Assembly (NCBI GenBank): GCA_002633005.1
Contig: NMRA01000027.1
Coordinates: 753,866 to 817,865 of the forward strand
DNA: 64,000 nt
Source: Phoronis australis
Lineage: Eukaryota > Animalia > Phoronida
Direction of reading: 5' to 3'
The position numbers and the translations under genes are program-made. Positions 38,491 to 49,783 of this stretch are shown here, piece after piece (the first letter of the stretch is position 1; each line of letters starts with the position of its first letter). The notes beneath the pieces were generated by a model, which saw only the letters and a program-made list of their open reading frames with translations, had not been told where the DNA came from and did not search any database.

Positions 38491-39813
38491 TCATAGGCAA
38501 TGAGTCATGTGTGGGCAATAGCTTATTTCCTTTCCTGGAAGAAACATGAGGAACTGAAGCTAAAGAAGACCTAGTAACACTCTGGTCCAGTTCAGAGTCT
38601 GATTTTGGGCTCAAAACGATTCAAGTGATATGCTGCTGTGTTTACCTTCAAGGATCTCATTGTGCATGTTGTTGAGGCTGAATGAGGTTACATGAAAGAA
38701 AGCCAGTGTCGAAACTGAACCTTTTTTACAAGCGCTTTTATAGGCCATTGAAACTAGATCCCAGTGAAATGAAAGCCAAAAGCTGAGTGACATTAAATTT
38801 TCCTTTCAGAAGAAAGGCTTTATACTATTGGTAAAAAATTTGGTACACATTATGGGGAAATGACATTCAGTGACTGCATCGATTGTCTTATTGTATGTTT
38901 TCAATTGTAGCTAGCTGGATAAGAATCTGCTATGCACAAGATTCGAGAATAAGCAATTATCAGTGTATTTAAAAACAAATGAAAAGCACAGAAAGAAACA
39001 ACATTGCGAAGGAATCCATAATCAGGCATATCAAGTGCTGAATTTCTGAATTATGTTCAATTCTCTCAGGTTACTGCTGAAGGATTGCTTTTCACTTTGT
39101 CCAAAAGTAAAATAGATAGTCGGGCGGTTGCTTTCAGTTGTTTTCTCTCACCTGTAACAGAATAGTCGAAGAAATATTAGCAAATTGTAAAAGAAAAGAC
39201 AAGATAAAACTACTTTTGTAAGGCGGAACATTCTTGACGTTTCATCTTTATGTTTATGTCTTTTGTAGAAACTAATAACCTTTGTACCCAAGTCTTATTT
39301 AATATTTAAGTTAAAATATGTGAAACAGGCTAAAAGTGATTTAACAATGTGTATTTTTCATGACACTTAAAATGTGCTTCTGATCTCAACAAGTAAAATT
39401 CATTCTAGGCGTCATTTTTTTTCCAATGCAATGTTACGACATTTACTGAATTAAGGCTTATTCATGTTAAATCGATAACTGATCTGGTAGTCCTGGGGGT
39501 GGGGTACGCGATAAAATAAGGAAACTCACTCATCTAGAGAATTTAATTGGAAACAGCATAGTTTTGAAGAAAAACTACTGTGAAAAAGTCACCCTTGACT
39601 TCTGTGCATCACGTACCATACACCTCTTATTACTTATTTTGGGAGCACTCCCACCCAGGACAATATGAATATGTGCTGCTAGCCTACCCGGCATCGGGTG
39701 AGTTTCCTAAAAGAAACACTCAGTTCCACTCAATAATTAAACCTGTTATTCAGTGGGGTAACTGGTGGGGATAACATCACCGAACGATGTTGATCGAAAC
39801 TGATTGCTAAAAA

Positions 39814-39887
39814 TGTAGTATTATAGCTCTTTAGTCTTAGAGATAAATATATTGAGTTCCGGTTCCATCAGCGTTGTTGTTCCTACA
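39814..39887 (+). repeat. Putative 74-bp 5' LTR
   Basis: TGTAG...CTACA inverted ends with the PBS immediately after. The same TGTAGT follows the PPT. Confidence 0.7.
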
Positions 39888-39899
39888 TGGTGGCAGCGG
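39888..39899 (+). promoter_or_regulatory. Primer-binding site (tRNA-Leu type)
   Basis: TGGTGGCAGCGG is complementary to the CCGCUGCCACCA 3' end of metazoan tRNA-Leu. Confidence 0.75.
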
Positions 39900-40322
39900 C
39901 GGTTTGTGTCATTTTTGTGATTCTGGCGAAACAACTGGGCATTATAAACTGATACCTTCCAACGGTTTGTGTCAAGGATCTTTCGTGCTGTTTTCGAAGG
40001 ATTTTGTTTGTGAAATATCAGAAAATTGCCTGGAACTGTTCATAGTTGTCGTACAGTACTGAAATTTCCATGACGTCATAACCACATGTGCATTATGTAT
40101 GTTTTGAGCTGACAGTTCATGTGATCGGAGTTCGCGGGGAACGTGTGAGGCTCTATACGATAACTTTTATGCGCGACTTTACATTATAAGTAGCGATACA
40201 TAAAAGTTAGTGAATTTATTGACCGAATAAATTTACCACATACCTGCACGAGTGACACGCAACGTTAGTGAACACGTTAACGAAGTGACACATAAACTGA
40301 CAACATTCAGAACATTACAAAA

Positions 40323-40982
40323 ATGGCAACATATCAGATACCGGCCCCAACCCCAATGTCAATACAAGGGAATGTGGCAGAGAACTGGCGTGAATTTGAA
40401 ACCGCTTGGATAGACTACATGACCGCCACAGAACTAGACACAAAAATGGTTAAGACGGATGGTACACCAGACCTAAAGGGTGTATCAATAGTTCCTGCGA
40501 CACTCTGCTCCGTCATGGGGCAGGAGTGTAAACGAGTACTGTGTAACTTGCCTAACATCAGTGAAGAAGACAGACGCAATCCTCAGAAGATCACTGATGC
40601 CTTAAAGGCATACGTTGTTCCTCAGACGAATGTTCTCTACGAGAGATTTGTCTTCAACCAAGCAGTCCAAAAGACGGGAGAGACCATAGATGTGTTTGTC
40701 CTAAGATTACGCAAGTTAGCTGACTCTTGCGAATTCGGGGAACTGAAAGACTCACTGATCAGAGACCGCATAGTCGTTGGGACGAATGATGACGCAGGAC
40801 GGGAGAGACTCTTAAGAGAACGCCCTGTACCAAGCCTCGCAAAAGCCATTGAGAATCTGCGAGCAGCAGAGGCATCAGGCACTCAGAAACAGGTGATGTC
40901 AGGCAAAAAGGGAGAGTACAGTCGAGTTCGTGAAACGGCATGGGTTCAAAAAGCACAACAATCCTCAGAAGAAGCAGGCTAA
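40323..40982 (+). CDS. gag: Gag, N-terminal part
   Basis: NW..F...W, YERFVFN..Q..GETID.FV.RLR.LA..CEFG...D.LIRDRIVVG. Confidence 0.85.
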   Translation: MATYQIPAPTPMSIQGNVAENWREFETAWIDYMTATELDTKMVKTDGTPDLKGVSIVPATLCSVMGQECKRVLCNLPNISEEDRRNPQKITDALKAYVVPQTNVLYERFVFNQAVQKTGETIDVFVLRLRKLADSCEFGELKDSLIRDRIVVGTNDDAGRERLLRERPVPSLAKAIENLRAAEASGTQKQVMSGKKGEYSRVRETAWVQKAQQSSEEAG

Positions 40983-43900
40983 TAAAAAGCAGCAGGGTCC
41001 ACCGAAGAACCAGTCAGAAAGTTGTAAGTGGTGTGGTAGCACTAAACCACACGCACGCAAAGAGTGCAGAGCTAGAGACAGCAAGTGCAACAACTGTGGC
41101 AAGATAGGCCATTGGTCCAAAGCTTGTAGGTCCAAAAGCACAGCAGAAATAGATACTCAGGAAGAAGAAGACGTTCCTGTGCAATTTCTGGGTCAAATTG
41201 AAGCTTCTAAAAAGCACTGGTCAGCAGATATCTCTGTGAACGGTCATACTACGCAGTTCAAGCTAGATAGCGGCGCAGACATCACAGTGATGGGAGACAA
41301 AAATCCGTGGCTGGCTAAAACTAAGCTGGAACCAAACACCAATCTGACCAACTGCCGAGGTGCCGGCAATGTGACACTGAACGACCGTATTCTTGGTGTG
41401 ATCCCAAAAGCCAAACTTTGTTGCGGTGATCGTCAGCTAGAAGAAGATGTTTACATCATGAAAGGACAACGCTTAAACCTGTTAAGCAAACGTGCCTGTG
41501 AACACTTCAAGCTTTTGATACCTTCAGCATCTGTCTATGAGGTAGATGCAAAACCAGATTTTCGTGGGGAGTTCCCGAAGCTGTTTCAAGGTCTAGGCTG
41601 TTTGACCACACCCTACGAGATAAGTCTTCAACCTGACGCCAACCCTGTGTGTTTATACACTGCCAGACGTGTGCCCCACCCTTTGCTTCCGCAGGTGGAA
41701 AAAGAGTTAGAGTCTATGGAAAGACAGGGCATTATTTCCAAGGTTACCCATCCTACTGAATGGTGTTCCGGCATGGTGTGCATCCCAAAGTCCAATGGCC
41801 GAGTGCGCATTTGCGTAGATCTTACTCCACTGAACAAAGCCGTGAGGCGTGAAGTTCACCCGATGTCATCTGTTGAGGACAGTCTGAGCAGTCTTAGTTG
41901 CGGTAAGCCAGTTATCTTCTCGAAATTAGATGCCAACTCAGGGTTCTGGCAGATTCCTCTACATGAAGCATCCAAAGACCTAACAACCTTCATCAGTCCC
42001 CTTGGACGTTTCAGGTTTAACAGACTTCCCTTTGGAATAAGCTCTGCCCCAGAGATTTTCCAACGTACGATGTCATCGATCCTTGAAGGTCTAGATGGTA
42101 CCTTGTGTCATATGGACGACATACTCATCTATGGAAGCACTCAAAAAGAACACGACGAAAGAGTCCGTTCAGTACTTCAGCGTCTACAGGCTGCAGGCCT
42201 GACCCTGAACAACAAATGTGAGTTTTCCACATCAAAGATCAAGTTCCTGGGACACCTTATCAGCTCAGATGGGATAATGGCTGACCCAGAAAAGACGCAA
42301 GCAGTTAGAGATTTCCCTGTGCCCACAAATGTGACTGAGCTTCAAAGATTTAATGGCATGGTGAACCAGCTGGCGAAATTCCTACCTAATCTGGTGAAGC
42401 TGAATGAACCCCTGAGACAACTCTTGAGGAAAGACCAAGCCTTCCAATGGGATGAACCTCAACAAAGATCCTTTCAACAAGTAAAAGAAGCACTCGTCTC
42501 AACAGTCACACTGGCCCACTACGACCCTAGTCGTGAGACCATAGTAGCAGCTGATGCAAGCCAGTACGGCATTGGTGCTGTATTGCTCCAAATTGATTCT
42601 GGTGGTAACAGAAGACCAGTATGCTTTGCGTCCAGATCACTTAACGACACGGAGAAACGTTATGCAGTGATAGAAAAGGAAGCACTAGCAGCTACCTGGG
42701 CTTGCGAGAAGTTCTCAACCTTCATTCTTGGACTCAAGTTTACCCTGGAGACCGACCATAAACCACTAGTGCCTCTACTGTCATCAACAGACTTGTCTAA
42801 GATGCCACCTCGAGTGCTACGTTTCCGTCTCCGTTTGATGAAATTCAGCCCCACGATAAACCACGTTCCAGGAAAGAACCACCTGATTGCAGATGCCTTG
42901 TCCCGAGCTCCGGTTGACAAACCTTCAGTTCCTGATGAGATATTCCTAGACGAAGTTGAAGATCAAGCTGAGTATACAGTCAAATACTTACCTGCAACAC
43001 AAGGTCGTCTGAATCAGATCAAAGAAGCACAACGTAGCGATGCAACATGTGGTGAAGTCATCAAGTACTGCCAAAATGGTTGGCCTGCTTTCTCTGCAGA
43101 TACGCTACTGAAACCTTACTACGAGAAAAAGCAACATCTCACCATCATAGATGGACTACTGATGTACAACGACCGTATTGTTATTCCCCAGTCGATGCAG
43201 TTGGAGGTGCTAAACCAAATCCACCAAGGTCATCTAGGGATAACGAAGTGCCGAGCAAGAGCCATGGAATCTGTTTGGTGGCCACGCATCAGTACACAGA
43301 TTGAGGCAATGTGTAAACAGTGCCTAACCTGTGCTCTTCACAGACCAGAGACGAAGGAGCCCTTGTTGCCTTCATCTTTTCCTTCCCGACCCTGGGAACG
43401 AATTGGAACCGACTTGTTCGAACTGAACAAACAACACTACGTCCTTGTGGTAGACTACTTCTCCAGATGGATCGAAGTTCGAAGACTTAGCCAGACAACT
43501 GCGCAACACACGATTGAAGCACTCAAGTCAATATTCAGTACACATGGAATACCAGACATTGTTATATCCGACAATGGCCCCCAGTATGCTTGTGAAAGCT
43601 TTGACATGTTTGCCAAAGACTACGGCTTCGTTCATGTGACATCCTCACCTCTCTACCCTCAGTGCAACGGAGAAGCCGAGCGCGCAGTCCAAACTGCGAA
43701 GAACATATTGAAAAAGAATACTGATCCTCACCTAGGTTTCCTGGCATACAGATCGACGCCTATTCACAATGGAAAGTCTCCGAGCCAACTACTCATGTCC
43801 AGACGGCTCCGAACAACTTTGCCGATCATGCCTAAAGCACTTCTTCACAATTCTATCGATGATCAGTCCGTAAGGGCGAAAGAAACTCGACTTAACTCGA

Positions 43901-44259
43901 AGAACAAAGCAAACTTCGACCACAGACACCGAACTATGTCCCTACCAGTATTAGGTGTTGGAGACCAAGTCTGGGTGCGCGATCAAGACAAACACGGCGA
44001 TGTGAAAGAGAGTTCGACAAACCCAAGATCCTACCTTGTCGTCACAGAGTCCGGTGCTACAATTCGCCGTAACCGGTCAGCGTTGATTCATACCGGAAAT
44101 ATGAAAAGTGCCTCATCAGAGAATTTTACACCAAAAGAAACGACCCTCAAACCATTTTCAAACCCGGCATCAAACCCACCTACCGCAGACACCCCACAGA
44201 CCCAACAACTACGACGTTCTCAGCGGGTTATAAAACCAGTGGATCGCCTGAACCTCTGA
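40930..44259 (+). CDS. pol: Gag zinc knuckles plus Pol (protease, RT, RNase H, integrase)
   Basis: Two CCHC knuckles, FKLDSGA, HMDD, ADAS/TDHKPL/ADALSR, HHCC and GTDLF..SDNG..GEAER. 1109 aa without stops. Confidence 0.95.
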   Translation: MKRHGFKKHNNPQKKQANKKQQGPPKNQSESCKWCGSTKPHARKECRARDSKCNNCGKIGHWSKACRSKSTAEIDTQEEEDVPVQFLGQIEASKKHWSADISVNGHTTQFKLDSGADITVMGDKNPWLAKTKLEPNTNLTNCRGAGNVTLNDRILGVIPKAKLCCGDRQLEEDVYIMKGQRLNLLSKRACEHFKLLIPSASVYEVDAKPDFRGEFPKLFQGLGCLTTPYEISLQPDANPVCLYTARRVPHPLLPQVEKELESMERQGIISKVTHPTEWCSGMVCIPKSNGRVRICVDLTPLNKAVRREVHPMSSVEDSLSSLSCGKPVIFSKLDANSGFWQIPLHEASKDLTTFISPLGRFRFNRLPFGISSAPEIFQRTMSSILEGLDGTLCHMDDILIYGSTQKEHDERVRSVLQRLQAAGLTLNNKCEFSTSKIKFLGHLISSDGIMADPEKTQAVRDFPVPTNVTELQRFNGMVNQLAKFLPNLVKLNEPLRQLLRKDQAFQWDEPQQRSFQQVKEALVSTVTLAHYDPSRETIVAADASQYGIGAVLLQIDSGGNRRPVCFASRSLNDTEKRYAVIEKEALAATWACEKFSTFILGLKFTLETDHKPLVPLLSSTDLSKMPPRVLRFRLRLMKFSPTINHVPGKNHLIADALSRAPVDKPSVPDEIFLDEVEDQAEYTVKYLPATQGRLNQIKEAQRSDATCGEVIKYCQNGWPAFSADTLLKPYYEKKQHLTIIDGLLMYNDRIVIPQSMQLEVLNQIHQGHLGITKCRARAMESVWWPRISTQIEAMCKQCLTCALHRPETKEPLLPSSFPSRPWERIGTDLFELNKQHYVLVVDYFSRWIEVRRLSQTTAQHTIEALKSIFSTHGIPDIVISDNGPQYACESFDMFAKDYGFVHVTSSPLYPQCNGEAERAVQTAKNILKKNTDPHLGFLAYRSTPIHNGKSPSQLLMSRRLRTTLPIMPKALLHNSIDDQSVRAKETRLNSKNKANFDHRHRTMSLPVLGVGDQVWVRDQDKHGDVKESSTNPRSYLVVTESGATIRRNRSALIHTGNMKSASSENFTPKETTLKPFSNPASNPPTADTPQTQQLRRSQRVIKPVDRLNL

Positions 44260-44365
44260 ACATTTGATTAGTTTTCAGCGCTTAGTGATAAGGACATTAA
44301 CATAGTTCAAGACATTTATTGCTTAAAGCGTTTACACATATTCTTAAACTATCTTGGGAGGAGAT

Positions 44366-44489
44366 GTAGTCTACCACAAGGACGTAGTGTTGTTCGTTCA
44401 GTTCGAACAAGTCGGTTCCAATTCGTTCCCAGGGTCGGGAAGGAAAAGATGAAGGCAACAAGGGCTCCTTCGTCTCTGGTCTGTGAAGA
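44366..44489 (-). repeat. Inverted copy of integrase segment 43335-43458
   Basis: 124-bp reverse complement, with one mismatch seen. Confidence 0.92.
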
Positions 44490-44529
44490 CCAAGTAATGT
44501 GTACTAGTCTCCGAATGGAACTGCATAGT

Positions 44530-44700
44530 CATAGAGCACACACGGGACTTTAGCATCCACATACTTTTTGTCAGTTAGTTGACCCTTTTGACCGCAATTG
44601 TCCACGAATATAGTAACTTAAGGTCTTTTGGGAATTTGCGGCCACCTGTCGAAGACTTGCACCAGAGAAATTAGCAGTAATAGGAGTTAGCGCGACGACG
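44530..44700 (-). pseudogene. THAP remnant of the ISL2EU-like transposase
   Basis: YC*FLWCKSSTGGRKFPKDLKLLYSWTIAVKK.../WMLKSRVCS. Confidence 0.65.
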
Positions 44701-45181
44701 TATTTTGATAACAATTCCATCTTTCACATGCAGATAGCCACGCATGCGCAATTCAATCACCACTAGTACAGCAGCGACACCGCGAGGAGAATTCTCCGAA
44801 TAGCCCCATTCAACCGTAACCAAGTTCTTATTCACACAACGCCGTGCCATCTTTATCGCAAAGCCCAGTAGGACACTTGCCCGGGGGCCCCACCGCTATA
44901 AGGGCCCCACGCCTATCCATCTTTTAAAATGCCAAATGATACAAATATTACGGGCTCAGCCCCAGTGTGAAACTTAAGAATTTCCCAGTGCAAAATATGT
45001 CCTACTTGCCTGAATTCACTGAATGACGGGCGTGTATTCTACAAGTATCTTCAAATTTAATACATAAAGGTAAGACTGTTCTGATGGGGAACATTATCAA
45101 CTATCGCACCGGATTTACCAATGGGTAAAAATCTAAACTATAACAAGATTGAGGCTGTCTGTACAAAACGAGGGCCCGCGA

Positions 45182-45348
45182 CAGCGGCGGATTTAAGGGG
45201 GGGGGGGGCAAGGGAGCCATGCCCTCCCCCTAATATTTTCCCATGTTCCATTTGGAACTTCGGGGGTTCAAATGTCTGACCTGCAAAATCCTGGCTGATA
45301 CTCTGCCCTACCCCGCCCCCCCAGCTCAAAATCCTGGATCCGCCCTTG
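45182..45348. mobile_element. MITE family A
   Basis: CAGCGGCGGATTT...GGATCCGCCCTTG termini. Confidence 0.8.
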
Positions 45349-46292
45349 CGCACCTTGCACTCATAACAGAAGATTACATACAGTTGTGCAAAGGAGCTTT
45401 TTGGTAGTTTCAAAACACTTTTGGGGCGCCAGGTGACCGCTTTGAGGGTGGACCAAAATTCTGTTCATGCATAAAACGCCGTATAATACTAATGCCGTAT
45501 GTTCTCAAAGAGAATCTGCTATACAGGGCACGGAGAAGTTATGTTACCATGTACACAAATAATCCAGCAAGTGCACCTACCGATGTCAAACATATTAAAA
45601 TATGCGCCTCGGCTTGACACTAAAAGTGACTAGAGTAATTTGCGTTGTTTAAAATAAATCGATGATATCTTCGAAATTCACACGCTGTCATTTCTATTAA
45701 TTAAGTGAAAAAATAGAAAGTCATCTCAAATCGTTATGGGGCCGCCTCATTAGTATTAACGTTCCGTGAAACCAAAGAATGGCAAGCCTACAATTTAGAA
45801 CTATACGAGCAAGGAGAATCAAGCAATAGGCTGAATAGGTAAGATGTCACAGTGGACGATATTTTAAACGTCGCAAGGTTAGATGGCACTTTAGTTAAGC
45901 GTATATCACGACATACAGGAGGTCAGGAACTATACCACTATTATCAGTAACAAATAGATCTAAGCACTGTTGCCTGGTTTTGAGAAATTGTATATTGTAT
46001 TTTAATCAAGATAGGATCATGGATTCTTCTCCCTTCTTTGCTATCGTAGGCACGCTATTTTACATATTATATACACACTTTATGAGTTCAAATTCCTTCG
46101 CAAACATGTATTTAACTGCTATATTTACCTTATATTGATAACAATAATTTCGGTGCATCGTATTTTAAACATATATTTTCATGAAGATTCTTTTGGAAAG
46201 AACACGTACTAAACTGCTACGACACTCAGAAAAAAATAGCCTAGATTCTGTATTTGAAAAGCGCTCTGGTCAGAAATAATCACTCAAGACAT

Positions 46293-47163
46293 ATAGATTA
46301 TTACATGGCGAAGTCGTTATCCCCCGTTATCTAGAGCCCGAGTGGATTTTGGAGAATTATCGCCCGAGGGGCGTCAGCCCCGAGGGTGATAATTCTCCAA
46401 AATCCACGAGGGCTCTAGATAAGGGGGATAACGGCTGAGAACATGTAATAATCTATTTATACCACATACTAAACGAGAAACATTGCAATGAATCGATTTA
46501 CCTTTTCTGACTCTCCACGGCTTTGTAACTACTTTCTATGTCAGAGGCCGGGGTCGGAGGTCGTGACCTTTTAAGAAAAGCCCGGTTATTTTTGTCAAAT
46601 ATTGCTTTTACTCAAAACCAATTGAAAACTTAAATATTATAGAAATAAATTGAATTTATAAAGTAAGGTTTACCAACTATTATAGCTTAAAACACGTTTT
46701 CTTCACGCTAAGCTTCGACCGGGAAATTATCGTCTGCTAAAGTAGGTTACCACTGGTAACTGAATATAATTCTCAAGTCAAAGATCCTGACGACACGATA
46801 CCCGCATTCAAACTAGAGATCGGTGATTTACAAGTAAGAAGACATGAGAGAAAAATTTCACAGAATTAAGATATCATTTTTATGGAAATTATGTGTCTTA
46901 TTTTCCGTAACGTGTAAGCACAGTGCAATGCGGTTTGTTGAACGTGCGATTATTGCGCGTGCTCATTTAAGTATTCTATTTTCACTCTTGATGACGTCAG
47001 TCGCTGCGTGGTGTAGTGGTAAAGTCGGCGACCAGCAATATTAGGGTCCCGGGTTCGACCCCGTCCTCGGTTTCCCGCCAAATCGTTATCTCACTAGTGA
47101 GATAACTTTATGGGTTATTACACGGTTGTATCTGCCATTTGACGCTAATATCGTGGTATAAAT
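46293..47163. mobile_element. Hairpin-terminated non-autonomous element (possibly Crypton-derived)
   Basis: Fold-back with ~80-bp arms at 46293-46456. ATTTATACCAC follows and is mirrored by GTGGTATAAAT at 47153-47163. Confidence 0.55.
47000..47075 (+). other. tRNA-derived (SINE-head-like) segment
   Basis: Box A TGGTGTAGTGG and box B GGTTCGACCCC, without a proper acceptor or anticodon stem. A similar degenerate segment lies at ~30334-30395. Confidence 0.5.
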
Positions 47164-47438
47164 GCTTGTTATGGCATGTAAGTCTATCTACATGAAATTT
47201 ACAATACAAAGACACTTCACTGAATAGTACTCCCTGGTAACGTGCCAACATGTTGAGAACCAGTTTAATGCCCCTTATTCAGTTCAGTGGAGAAGATTGC
47301 TTCTCAAAATATGAGCTCAATATATTTGACTATTTACAAAGCTGTCGTATTGTTCTTAAAGGTTTTATTGTTTGTAGAAGCTTGGTTTAGATGGCTCAGT
47401 GCAGTAATACATGAACGTATTACGCTCTATACCAACAT

Positions 47439-47591
47439 CAGTGGCGGATTTAGGGGGGCCAATGGGGCTATGCCCCCCTAAAATTCGCCTAGATTACATT
47501 TGGTAGTTCGAGGGTGCGAACGTCCGACGGGCAAAATCCTGGCTAATACTCTGCTCTGCACCCCCAACTCAAAATCCTGGATCCGCCCCTG
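47439..47591. mobile_element. MITE family A with a perfect 5-bp TSD
   Basis: AACAT|CAGTGGCGGATTT...GGATCCGCCCCTG|AACAT. Confidence 0.88.
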
Positions 47592-47969
47592 AACATTATA
47601 TGCCCGTGCCTGTATCAACGTCAAGCAGCTTTATGTTTTAATTGTACTCGTCAGGTGTGTTTCGACTCTTGCTGTTAAAAATGTTGAATTTCATGATGCT
47701 TCGATTTGTGTCTCCCGATTCACCACCTCAGAGCGAATTTTTGCAACTGGAGTTCTGAATATTTCGCATGCATATACTATACATGTACTTCTTGAAATGT
47801 AAACGAAAAACATACCAAAAGTAGAGAGGCAACCCGTGAAGGAATTAAAACCAACGCAACAGAAGTTAACTTATCAACCACGGGAGAAGAAATTCGTACC
47901 CGCGCTGCTGTACTTAGACCTTGAGGAAAGCGATACAGTTGTGTAACTTTGCTGTCATATAAGTTTAAT

Positions 47970-48175
47970 ATATATATTATTTCATGGCGAAGTCGTTATC
48001 CCACTAATCTACAGCCCGAGTGGATTTTGGAGAATTCCGGGAGGCGTTAGTCCCGAGAGTGATAATTATAAAAATCCACGAGAGCTCGAAATAACGACTG
48101 ATAACATTGTAATAATCTAATTATACCGCGTACTGAACGATAAACATAGTAACGAATCGATCTACCGTTCTCGAC
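47970..48175. mobile_element. Truncated, degraded copy of the 46293 hairpin element
   Basis: Shares catggcgaagtcgttatccc..gcccgagtggattttggagaatt..aaaatccacgag..gtaataatcta.ttatacc. Confidence 0.7.
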
Positions 48176-48199
48176 TAGTAAACTGTAGACGTCTGATTC

Positions 48200-48510
48200 G
48201 TCAAGAAAGTTTGTTAAAGTTTTTCCATGGGTATGGAATGTGCCCCTGCAAATGTTTGGAATCTGGACCAATAATCCTTCCAGAGTTCCACTGAACTGTC
48301 GATCTCACGAAAAGTTGGCGTAGTTGTCGTTGGTTGGTGCATCAGCCTACTTGTGGTCATCTCAGCAAAACGCTGATGATTCTCTTGCTGTTGGTTGATT
48401 TGTTGTTGTAATAACGAAATAGTGCCAGCCAACTCACCCATCTTTGTATATCCTGTCAACTACGCCAAAATCTGTTCTGTTTTTGTAATAGAAAGAAGCA
48501 GAAACGTATA
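48200..48510 (-). mobile_element. 5' fragment of a second Gypsy element (LTR end, tRNA-Ser PBS, gag start)
   Basis: PBS TGGCGTAGTTGACAGGAT (48467-48450) resembles the tRNA-Ser 3' complement. A gag-like sequence follows: FREIDSSVELWKDYWSRFQTFAGAHSIP. Confidence 0.65.
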
Positions 48511-48513
48511 TAC

Positions 48514-49723
48514 ACAAAACGTACCTAGCGTGGCGTACATGAAATGATATCCCACGAGACATTATTCCGCGTATCGACCGAGACCGAAGGTCGTGGTCGG
48601 AATAATGTCGAGCGGGATATTATTTCATGTACACCACTCGAGGTACGTTTTGTATTTATCCCATACGCATCAAATTTGTGAGTTTCTTTTGTTTTCTTTC
48701 GGCGTTTTATAAATACTTCACCCCGACTGTTTTCGTGGCTAATCACAACCTGTTGTGTATGTACGTGCGCGTTACTTTGCTAACTTACTATAGTAAAAGA
48801 AAACAGTTTTAAATGTAACGGCTTATTACTTGAAATTGATAAAAAGCGTGAAAACGACAGTTACCGTGCATTGAACTTGTATCATATTTCGAAAATAAAT
48901 AAATAACAAGAATATTTGTAACATTGTAAAATCCTCATCGGGTAGCTGCACTCAATCATGAAACTAGGTCATTGACCGGAGCGCGTAGCCTACACGTCGT
49001 CTGCTTTCACGAAGATGTTTAAAGTGCCACCATAGATATTAGTAAAGAGATTCGCAACTCCGTGAAGTCTCGTGGCCTAACGCAAAAGTACGTGAGCAGG
49101 ATTCAAAACTTCCGGTCTCATGGCTAAGCATAGTAATGAAGGTGAACTTTGGTTTTTATTTCACGCACGTCAAGCAAATTTTTGAGTTTGAAATTAATAT
49201 GTTGTGTTTAATGCAAACTAAATCGCGTATGCGAGCCATTCAAGTCGGATTATTGGTACGAAACGTGTCAGAATTAACTTGACAAGTTGTTGATAGGCCC
49301 GCTTGCTGGAACAGTTCAACACACGAATCGAGGAGTTTGGCCCAAAGAAAAGGTTGAGCTAAATGGATAATTCTTTTCACCAGTTGAATTCTCAGTCATT
49401 TACGCTGAAATTTACTTTGAATTTTGTGATTTTGTATGAATTTTGGATCGACCTCAATGCACTTTCTCATTCGTCACTATGTTTACAATACAGCCATGGT
49501 TTACCAATATTATCCAAAATTCAACAAGAGCGAAATTTTGCCATTTTTCATGATTTTCAGAAGCTCATATGTATTAGCATGATGAAAAGTGGTGGAAAAT
49601 GAAAAGTATGCCATCGAAATATTTAAACTTTCTTCTTTATATTGATATCCGTTTCAACAAATGTGGGCATTCATGAATATTTTTAAAAATCGAAGTACTG
49701 CAGCACTTGAGAAGGGGATAAAT
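48514..49723. mobile_element. Second family of hairpin-terminated element
   Basis: Fold-back at 48514-48653 around gaccgaaggtc. ATTTATCCC follows and is mirrored by GGGATAAAT at 49715-49723. Confidence 0.5.
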
Positions 49724-49783
49724 GAATAAATTTTCAGTTTGCTAAATGGCCGTTACTGAACCGATTTTAATGATATGTGTATC

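Larger units (their letters stand above)
39814..44370 (+). mobile_element. Ty3/Gypsy LTR retrotransposon (Mag-like)
   Basis: 5' LTR, PBS, gag, PR-RT-RH-IN, PPT (GGGAGGAGA, 44356-44364) and the first 6 nt (TGTAGT) of the 3' LTR. Confidence 0.93.
36777..44807. mobile_element. Degenerate ISL2EU-like DNA transposon hosting the Gypsy insertion
   Basis: AT|GGTGCTATTCGGAAAA ... TTCTCCGAATAGCCCC|AT, plus a second inverted block TGTACTAGTGGTGAT. There are YqaJ-like exons on + from the left end and a THAP remnant on - from the right end. Confidence 0.72.

Noticed and set aside
40900-40915. Programmed -1 frameshift at AAAAAG
   Set aside because: The downstream frame is +1, not -1, and the Gag knuckles lie after the shift.
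47000-47075. Functional tRNA gene
   Set aside because: A and B boxes are present but the acceptor and anticodon stems do not pair. The segment at ~30334-30395 fails the same way.
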